DNA of 32,000 bases from Zygophlyctis sp. KS116 (Eukaryota > Fungi > Chytridiomycota), in contig BAAFSQ010000056.1 in NCBI GenBank assembly GCA_054661495.1, positions 1 to 32,000 of the forward strand, read 5' to 3'. The notes under the pieces were generated by a model. That model saw only the letters and a list, made by a program, of their open reading frames with translations. It was not told the origin of the DNA and did no database searches. The position numbers and the translations under genes were made by a program. Shown in pieces: positions 1 through 10,595 of this stretch (the first letter of the stretch is position 1; each line of letters begins with the position of its first letter).

Positions 1-116
1 ATTTTTTAGATTATGCAGAATATTATTGCTCAAGCAGTTGAGAACATGCATCGGAAAATATTGCAAAAGTCGTGTTTTAGGTACATAATTATGTGCATAT
101 TTTTGAAATTCAACAG

Positions 117-189
117 GGCCGTGTGGCCAAATGGTTAAGGCGTTGGACTTCTAATCCAAAGATTGCGAGTTCGATCCTCGCCTCGGTCT
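117..189 (+). tRNA. tRNA-Arg, anticodon TCT, no intron
   Basis: Cloverleaf read directly: acceptor GGCCGTG/CTCGGTC (one T-T mismatch), D arm TGGCCAAATGGTTAAGGC, anticodon stem TTGGA/TCCAA with loop CTTCTAA, T arm GCGAG-TTCGATC-CTCGC. Confidence 0.95.
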
Positions 190-190
190 A

Positions 191-195
191 TTTTT
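191..195 (+). terminator. RNA polymerase III terminator (T5) of the tRNA gene
   Basis: TTTTT starts 2 nt after the tRNA discriminator base. Confidence 0.7.
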
Positions 196-264
196 GCACA
201 TTTTATGTTTTGGCTCCTTGTAAAAGTAGGACTTGAGCCCTATTGTAATTTTATCCAATCAGAG

Positions 265-1720
265 ATGTTATGGGGAGGTAGATTTACTGGAGCAACAGAT
301 CCACTCATGGAAGCGTTTAATGCATCAATTTCTTTTGATCGCAAGTTGGCACAAGTTGATATTCAGGGATCAGTGGCCTATGTAGAATGTCTTGGAGAGT
401 CTGGATTGATTGATCAAGAAGAATGCAAACAATTGATCACTGGATTAGAGAAAATCGGAATAGAATGGGAAACTGACAAGTTTAAAATAATGGAAAAGGA
501 TGAAGATATCCATTCGGCAAACGAGCGACGGTTGGAAGAATTGATCGGTTCAGTCGCTGGTAAACTTCATACAGGTAGATCTAGAAATGATCAAGTCGCT
601 ACAGATATCAGATTATGGTTGAAAGAAGAAGTGACTGAAATATCTAAAATTCTCAAGGATTTGATAAGTACATGCGTTAAAAGAGCTGAAAGTGAAATTG
701 ATGTATTAATGCCAGGATATACACATTTACAAAAAGCACAGCCGATTAGATGGTCTCATTACTTGATGTCTTTTGCTTGGTTATGGAAATCAGATTTGGA
801 TAGACTCCAAGAATTAAAAAGACGGTGTGATTCATGTCCATTAGGATCTGGTGCACTTGCTGGAAATCCATTTGGAATTGATAGATTTAGTTTAGCAAAA
901 CGCTTAGAATTTTCAAGTGTTATTCCAAATAGTCTTGTAGGAGTGTCTGATCGTGATTTTATAGTTGAATTCCTTTCTTGGGCGTCTCTTACAATGACTC
1001 ATTTAAGTAGATGGGCAGAAGATTTGATTATATACTCAACAGGTGAATTTGGATTTATAAAGTTATCTGATGCATATTCTACTGGATCTTCTCTAATGCC
1101 TCAAAAAAAGAATCCAGACTCTCTGGAATTAATTCGTGTATTTTTTTTAATTTAAATTCAAGGGGAAAACAGGTAGAATATTTGGAAATTTATCTGGGTT
1201 TCTAATGACTTATAAAGGTCTTCCTTCTACGTATAATAAAGATCTTCAAGAAGATAAAGAACCACTTTTTGATTCTGTTGAAACAATTAAAGGTGTATTA
1301 CTAATTTCAACTGGAGTTATTTCTACTTTAAAGGTAATTTTCCAAGTTTTTATAATAGGTCAATCCTTCAAAGATGAAGGCCGCACTTACTTTTGATATG
1401 CTTGCAACTGATCTTGCAGAGTATCTAGTAAGAAAAGGAGTATGAACTTTTCAATATTTAATTATTAGATCCCTTTTAGAGAAACACATCATATTGCTGG
1501 AGCTGCTGTCGCACTTGCAGAGAAATTAGAAATTCAGTTGAATGAGTTAACTCTAGCTCAATTTAAAACTTTACATTCGGCATTTGATCAGGACGTATGT
1601 TCTATCTGGGATTTTGAAATAAGCGTTGAAAAGAGAAATTCTTATGGAGGAACATCAAAGGATCGAGTGCTTGAGCAAGTTGAAGAGTTGAGCAAACGAT
1701 TGGAAAATTCCGCGTTTTAA
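265..1720 (+). CDS. ARG4: Argininosuccinate lyase (4 exons)
   Basis: Motifs [51 protein letters not shown]. Introns 1138-1162, 1334-1358 and 1440-1468 restore LIRGKTGR, STLKVNP and RKGIPFRE. An in-frame ATG at 205 is possible but less likely. Confidence 0.95.
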
Positions 1721-3342
1721 TGAATGATGTTAAACTAACAACATTTTCTACCAATGCTGACTTTGCGTCAGAATTAGAAACTCATGCATTTACTTGTCTT
1801 TTAAAATCCTTGAGTGTCGACTTTATTAAACTTGCTATTTCCGATAGAAATGTATATTTATTTGTTTAAATTCTATAGGTGATGCTGTTGGTCCCCCGAC
1901 GAGAATCATTAGTTCTCGCTAAAGTAGATCTAAATACACTGCATGCTCATTTGTTTTACAGAAATTCCAATGATATTTTTCAGTTGATTTCATTTACAGG
2001 TCAAAAAGGTATTTCAGCACGGTTAACGGTAGCGTATATCAGTAAATCTAGAATTTATTTATTGGGTCAGATTATGATCCCTGTTGGTAAATTTATTTGG
2101 ACAATGGACAATGAATCTCTATGGAGATTTGAAATTCCAAAAGAATTAGGTAAGTTATTGCATTTTAAAGATAGAAAAGTGTGATTCAATTCAATTAATT
2201 TCAAATACTCCTACTCTATGTCATTTATCGTCTTGCGATCAGTCAATAGTTGCTACCATGATAAGAAGGCCTATACCAGAAGCTAAAGATAATGACATCA
2301 GATCAGATAAAAAAGAATCGTCGGTGCTAAAACAGATTTCTAGCTCAATGCCTACATTTTTTAACAAATCCAACGTGCCAATGGATGTTTTAGCGCCTGA
2401 TGCAAGGATAAATGATTCAGACTATAAATGCTATTCTCAAAGGATATCAGAGTCTAAATTTTATCTAGTGGCTCTAGAAACAAGGTCATTTTTAAATCAA
2501 GTTTTGTTAAGTTCTGATAAGTTGGCGAATATTATAACTGGAATGAGAAATTTCATATCAAAAATTAATTCGTGTATTTCTAGAATTCCAGTCAATCCAG
2601 AAATTTTGGACTTATTCAAGGAGGGTCTCTTGTCTCATGTTCTTTTAAAAATTCATCAAACGTAAATTTATTTTTTGAATAAGGATAGATGTTGGAAGTT
2701 GGCAATACAAGAAGAAGAAAAGAATGATGCGGTGTTTCAAATTAAATTATCATTAATCAATTTATCTGGATTTGCATTTGCAGATTTAGGTATTGATGGA
2801 GTCTTGGAAATGGAAAAAAGTCAGGAATGGAATGATTTGCTTCGCTGTACTGGATCAGATTTACTTTTTCTATCCCAATCTTTTTCTGTAAAGTTTATGG
2901 TAAAACTTATAACAAAATGTCATCAAGATATATCTGGTATTTTTTAAATTACTCAGAAATTTAGATACACTTGAACGTCTCAAACAATATTCCTCTTCAT
3001 CAAATGCAGATTTCTTACTCCCGTCTTTAATATTAATCATAATTCGATCTAATTCACCCAGAATCTGGATATTTTGCCATCTATTAATGAAATTTGGCGT
3101 TTTTGCTGAATTAGAAGGTCGTGATCAATACTGTGTAACCAATTTTGTATTTTTTATAACTTAACGATAAGGTGGCTGCATTTACATATATTAAGGACTC
3201 TATTCATCTTGAGAAATTGAATATAGCAACTACTACTGTTTCTGAATTTGATAAGCTAAATACTGCCTCGACAACTGCAAAAGATGAACTGCAAAATATT
3301 TCAAATACCTCAATAGCTATTACTAATAATGTTACACAATAA
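1720..3342 (+). CDS. VPS9-domain Rab5-type GEF with an N-terminus resembling VARP/ANKRD27/Vrl1 (6 exons)
   Basis: Spliced C-terminus reads NADFLLPSLILIIIRS...EGRDQYCVTNFVAAFTYI, matching the VPS9 ADxLLP and YxxTxFxAA motifs. Introns 1852-1878, 2150-2174, 2662-2688, 2937-2964 and 3147-3171. Alternative start ATG at 1882. Confidence 0.7.
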
Positions 3343-3374
3343 GTCTTTAGATAATAAATGTATTTATTTCGTTA

Positions 3375-4660
<1,286 letters not shown>

Positions 4661-4807
4661 CTATACTTTCTTTTATTTTACTGATACAATATTTTTCCAT
4701 CCGTCAAACTGGATCGCGAGTTTGGTACACACAGTCATAACCGGTCTGAACTGGAGCGGATGTAATTACCAAGCGATCAGAGACCCATCTTCTCTTAAAT
4801 TAAAAAA

Positions 4808-5937
4808 ATGATGGGAAATGCTGATGAAAGCTGCTCTGCTGCTGGCTCCAATAAAAGTTACGAAACGATGGCTACTGAATTGAATCAGGCTTTAGATAGC
4901 TATTATCAAAGTTGGAATCAAATTAGTGAGCAATGTCTCAAATATACTGAGGAAATAGCCGCTCTTAAGCAAAAGTACGAGACCGAATCTTTTGACTTGG
5001 ACCAGATTGCGTCTGATGAGCTCTGGGAAAACAGCTTTTTACCTCAAGTGAAAGCTTTGGAAGATGCCCAGTCTAAATTGGAAGAGAACAGAAAGGAACT
5101 TGAAGCTGAAAAAGTCAAGGTGTGTATGTCAGGAAATTTAAATTATAGGAATTCAGTAATATGGAGTTCTGGTGTAACAAAGATATTTCTAAAGCGATGG
5201 ATGACGCAGTTGCTAAAGCCAGAAGAATTGAAATAATCTGCAAAGATGGAATTTCGGACATTATCAGAAGAATTGAACCGGTCTAATATTTCAGTGATTT
5301 GGAAGCAAAGGGAATGACGTTTTGTCCTGAATCCAAAATCACTTTTATGGTTTCTGGTACGAGAAAGATGGTTGAGAGTCAATTTGGATTGCTATTTGCC
5401 TATGAGGATATGGATACGGACATATTGCGCTTGGATTTGCACATTGTGGAGAGAAATGTTTTGGATCGCAAACGAAAATATGAAGATTGCTCTATGGATG
5501 GACCATGGAACTTTGGACCTTGGGATAGAGCTGAAGTATTACGTTTCAAAGAAGGAGTCAATATCTGCGGTTGGGGTAATTGGAAAGGTGAATTATTTGT
5601 CTTGTTAACTGATTCAGGTGTTGCAGAGACTGTAAAGACCCGTAGTGTTGAATCTGTCCGCACCTTTTGCAGAAGCAGCGAGGGAATGCAGTTCAAACCC
5701 ACTCAGATACCGTATCAGCGCTCCGCTTATTCGGACTTGGCTGAAACTGTTAAACACTTGAGTCGTGGTTTGCGAATTATTGATCATGAATCTGGAAACG
5801 AAAATGGGCATCTGGGTGGCGTGTTAGATGGTTCTACTAGTGTCGCACCTCTTCGCTTGGCTTATTCAGATTTGGCTGAAGCTGCAAAACACTTGAGTCG
5901 TGGTTTGCAAAAGATTGATAATGAGTCTGGAAACTAA
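4808..5937 (+). CDS. Coiled-coil plus single Myb/SANT-like domain protein
   Basis: GPWDRAEVLRFKEGVNICGWGNWK|GVAETVKTRSVESVR fits a Myb/SANT helix pattern once the intron at 5588-5617 is removed. Other introns at 5120-5148 and probably 5281-5310 (weak donor). Confidence 0.6.
5725..5934 (+). repeat. 75-bp imperfect direct duplication (5725-5799 and 5860-5934) inside the Myb gene C-terminus
   Basis: AYSDLAETVKHLSRGLRIIDHESGN versus AYSDLAEAAKHLSRGLQKIDNESGN, also visible at DNA level. Confidence 0.9.
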
Positions 5938-6118
5938 ACATTTTTCGGACATGAAATCCTACTTAATGTTTTTAGCGGATAAAGTTTCTCTTGTTTATCT
6001 TTTCATATCGCTGAATAAATATGATGGGTATAATTTCGTGAGCAGAGTATTGAGCTCTTTAGCCAACTCAGCGACACCATAGATCATCAATCTCCTGAAC
6101 CTCACCAGGACGCAGGGA

Positions 6119-7473
6119 ATGATCAAAGACTTCATAATCGCTTACAAATCCAAACTATATTTTTACTTGGAAGAAGAGAGGACATCATCCCTTACATATG
6201 GCATGATCCAGGGTATCTGCCAACTTATGACCAATTTCAGTACAGAAAATGTTGAAATCGTTCGAGGGACAATATATACGTTGCATATACTAGTTCCAGA
6301 GCCTCGATTGTTTATAATTCTGAAAGTGATCAATTCCTCAACATCTGCTTCCGATGATCACTTGAAAGCATATTTGAAACGTGCATGGGATTGGTATCAT
6401 TTGTTTTATGGATCGTCAATTTCTAGAGAAAAATGCTTCTTATTCTTTTCAAGATATCTGTCAATTTCCGGAAATCAGTTATCATTATTTACCACTCTTC
6501 CTAGTAAGATTATTATTGTTTTATTTGAAGTGATTTCATTTATGCCACTGAAGGCTTTTGATTACTTATCTCTAAAAGATTTACATATGGAAATCATGGA
6601 TCAGTTTCCTATTCTGAGAAGATCATTAATACTATGGAAACATTTTCTTGCGTTTTCTACTTTGAAAAGTGAAAAGGATACATGGATTCTGTATGATTAT
6701 TTAAGTCATCCAGAAACAGGGAAAGTTGAGGATGGTTTGATAAGTCAAGTTAAAGATAAGGCTCAAGTAAGTTTTACAAGTTTATATTTTAGGCGATTAT
6801 ATCCACTAGGCGATTAGGATGGTGCTATGATACAGGAAAGCATCATAATACCATATTTGTTGGGTATTTAATTTCATTCCCTATAAAGTATGTATATACT
6901 AGTTCTGGTAAACAGATTCTTTTACTATATCAAGTAAGTTTTAAGTTTTTAAGAATTAGAACATGGATTGGCTTTTTACTTTTGTAATTGACTGTACTTA
7001 TCAAGATCAATTATCGCAATCTTTTCTAGACTCTCTAGCGCAACACTTGAACAAATTTCATGATTTGAATAGCGTGTTTCTAGAATCATTCAACTCAAAT
7101 TCCAAATATTTGTATCCTTTTAATACTAATTTCTAGAGATGGTATTTCAGACTTTAAATTCTTTTACTATAATGACAAGAGTTTAGCTTACAAAACCTCT
7201 TGCAAAGGATTTAAAGGAATTTCACCAAAGTTGGAAGCTGCGCTTGACTCAATTGTACAGGAAATAAATTCTGGGTATTTCAAATATTTTCTAAAAAATA
7301 GATGCAACTTTATTATACAAAGATCAGTTGATGATCTGTGGTTGATTGGAAAAAAATTTCTAGGTAGATCATTATATCTCATACTACCAAAAACCGACTC
7401 TCCCGAATCAGCGCAGGAAATATTTGATTCAATTTGTAAAAGAAGCTTTCCAGAACTTGACGGCTCTTTGTAA
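6119..7473 (+). CDS. CCZ1: Vacuolar fusion protein CCZ1 (longin domains; Mon1-Ccz1 Rab7 GEF subunit)
   Basis: Resembles CCZ1 along its length: GMIQGICQLMTNFS, YHLFYGS, ISFMPL...WILYDYL, FKFFYYN, DLWLIGKKFLGRSLYLIL. Introns 6504-6530, 6767-6792, 6934-6959, 7112-7136 and 7275-7301. Confidence 0.8.
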
Positions 7474-7517
7474 GCTTTTCATAGGTTCAGGATAGAAATT
7501 AGTTAAGTTGTACATTT

Positions 7518-9151
7518 ATGAATTCTTTTCTTAGCTCCCCATTTCTTTCTTTTCTATCTTCAGGATATTTTTATACACTGATCATTCAGGCGCTAGTAGT
7601 AAATCGGATCACTGCGATCGCCGTTCCTGTAATTCCAGGCCCATTGACGCCCCGATCTAGATTGTTTTTAAGAATTCCTCTCTTGATCGCTCTTACCATT
7701 ATTATTATCGGCCTTTGTAGATCCAATGATTGGGTGAATTTACTATTTTATTTTCTCACTGCATCTCATGTGGTTGATAAGTTGGTCTTGTGTTTGGAAA
7801 CTGGAGTTTCTACAATTATTAGCAATGATCATTCGCCAAATTTGGTTGAATGGGGTATTTCAGTATATTCTAAATTTCTAAAAAATAGATTTACTTTTAT
7901 CCATTGCGAAAAAGTGATTCTCATGAATTGGATCCTTTTCTGATCATTTGTCTAATTCATTCTTGCCAAGTTTGGTTAATGAATTTTATGGGAATTTTTG
8001 GAAAAGATAGGGAATATAGGTTACTTCCAACGACTTTCTTTGGGATTATAAACTTGATACATTTTACATATTGTCTATTGATGCAGGAAAATGGATATCC
8101 GGCATTGTTCATGATGGCTAGGATACCAGAGATCTTTGTCATTGGTCTAATTGCATTTGTTTATAGTTTACATAGAATATCTTTTCTACTTCATCATGGA
8201 AACATTCGATCTCTGCCTATCAGGTATAGAGACTGGCCTTTTTCTGATGATTTTCAAACAGTTTTGTTCAATATTGGAATAACTTGTTTAAGGACAACAC
8301 GATCTTTGGGGTTTTTAAATGAACTTGGTCCTATTAAGATACCATTGGGCGCTGGAATTTCACCTGAATATACGACTGTGATTAAAAAGCGTTTTGAAAG
8401 ACAAAATGGGTTCTTAAACAAGGAAGAATTTCTACCCACGCCAGTATCACCCTCTAGAATTTCGGAACGGTTGGTGCCTTGGATATTATCTCTGAGTTTT
8501 GCTTACACCTTTCTTCAATTTTTGCAGCTGTGAATATATAAATTCCTACTCAAGATCATTGGTAAAAAACAAGACTTTCAAACTTCTAATGATGGAAAAC
8601 AAGAGTTTGAAAGTGATGTAGATTCTGATTATGATCCCATGCAAATAGAAGGAGACTATGATGACACAAGCTCTGAATCTGAATCTGAAGGTTATGATTC
8701 GTCTTTAGAAGATGAAAATGCTCAGTTATGTGAAGAAATTGTAAGTTTAACAAGAGATTTGAATGAAAATATTCATTCGAGTAATTCATCTGCAGATTTA
8801 AGTGGCCTTGGTACAATAGGACAGATTTTCAAGCTTTTAAATCAGCCAAAGCAGTTAATTACTAGGAGTCAAGTCAAATCACTTAATCATGCTGGAATTT
8901 CCAATCAAATTATTCCTGATTCGTTTAGTCCGCTCAAAAGTTCTAGTGATTTATTTTCTTTAGGAGACTCAAACTTCTCTGCTCGTAAATGTGTTGTCTG
9001 TAAAAGTGATATTCGTTGCATTGTGCTAAGACCTTGTGGTTGTCTTTGTTTATGTGATGATTGTCGAATAGCTTTAGCCGCCAGAAAATTTAAAGATTGC
9101 CCATGCTGTAGGGCATCAGTTTCTGGTTATAGTAGAATATACGAGCCATAG
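7518..9151 (+). CDS. Multi-pass membrane RING (C3HC4_3-type) E3 ligase, Asi1/Asi3-like
   Basis: Several hydrophobic segments, N-terminal VVNRI motif, acidic linker, and C-terminal CVVC...LRPCGCLCLCDDCR...CPCCR. Intron 7863-7888; the junction at about 8496-8613 is unresolved. Confidence 0.75.
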
Positions 9152-9219
9152 TATGATGAATATTATCCTGGAAAATAAAGAATAGCTGTATTTACATCTA
9201 GGTCAGCGAGTAGGCGGCC

Positions 9220-10558
9220 ATGAATCGTTTTCTTTCTTCCGCAAACTGTTTAGCTTCTGTATCATCCAGAAAATTACACTTCAGCTCATTCTCAAAATGG
9301 ATGAAGCCGATGCAAGCCAATGCTGATGGATGGGATCAAGCGGTTTTAAATTCGGAGAAGTTGATCAGGATCAAAGATCGTCCAATCATTAATCCGAAAG
9401 AACTTTTAGGACAAGACTTCCAGCTGCTAATTGATAATATATCAAGATTACTGTCTTCTGGCCATCCAGTGCTAAATACGATTTCAAACTATTATTTTTC
9501 TAAAAAAGGAAAACATATCAGGCCATTAATGTATGGAAATGTTTGCTAATAACTAGTGTTCTTTTGATGTCTCAAGCAACTGCATCTAAATCAAATCAAA
9601 AAGTCATTAATATTGATCAAAAGCTTTCTCTTTTAGACTCTATTTCCTTTCTTTCTCCTCAACCTGCAAAGGGAAATCCGCTGATTTTGCCTCAACAGAA
9701 AAGGCTAGCAGAAATTATTGAAATGATTCATACAGCTTCTCTTTTGCACGATGATGTAATTGACGGAGCGAGTACTCGTAGATCGCAGCCATCGGCCAAT
9801 GAAGCATTTGGAAATAAGATGGCGATTCTAGCTGGTGACTTTTTACTAGCAAGAGCATCTGTAGCATTAGCAAGATTAAGAAATGTGGAAGTCTTGGAAA
9901 TAATGGCTACGGTTATATCAAACTTGGTTGAGGGTGAATTTATGCAACTCAAAAATGCAAAGTCTACAAGATCTATATTTAACTTTTGGAAATCAAAAGA
10001 CACTATCTGGAATGATATGTTTGATTATTATATGGAAAAGACATATCTGAAAACGGCAAGTTTGATTGCTAAAAGCTGTGAAGCTAGTGCGATTCTTGGC
10101 GGTTGTGATAGCAAAACAGTGGAATTGTCGTACTTATATGGCAAAAATCTGGGGTTGGCATTTCAGGTAACTCAATATTTGTTGAGGTTAAATAGGTCAT
10201 TGATGATGTATTGGATTTCGTCGTATCATCTGAAGAGTTAGGAAAACCAGCTAATGCTGATCTCAAACTCGGGTTAGCCACCGCACCTGTTATTTATGCT
10301 TCACTAGAATTTCCAGAATTGGTTGAACCTATAAAAAGAAATTTCTCAAATCCTGGGGATGTTGTTTTGGTATGATTACTTTTTTTTATATTGAAGGTAC
10401 GGGAATTAGTAATGAAAAGCAACGGAATTGAAAATGCACGAAATTTAGCCTCTCATTTATGTAAGGAAGCCGCCGAGTCTATTTCTCAGTTACCTCCTAG
10501 TTCCGCCCGAACAGCTTTAATTCAGCTCACTGAGGCGGTTTTGCTCAGGCGCAAATAA
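9220..10558 (+). CDS. COQ1: Polyprenyl (hexaprenyl/decaprenyl) diphosphate synthase
   Basis: GKHIRP, EMIHTASLLHDDVID, KTASL, GLAFQVIDDVLD, GKPANADL and a mitochondrial-targeting-like N-terminus. Introns 9531-9556, 10167-10195 and 10370-10396. Confidence 0.93.
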
Positions 10559-10595
10559 TTCTAAAATAAATGCATTACATATTAATTATTTACAA

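Noticed and set aside
1-116. Possible last exon of an upstream gene (TTTTTTAG acceptor at 1-9, GT...CAG at 81-116)
   Set aside because: No recognisable protein in any frame and the context lies outside the window.
163-264. N-terminal extension of the ARG4 ORF beginning inside the tRNA
   Set aside because: Non-ATG start from the ORF caller; family homology begins at MLWGGRF.
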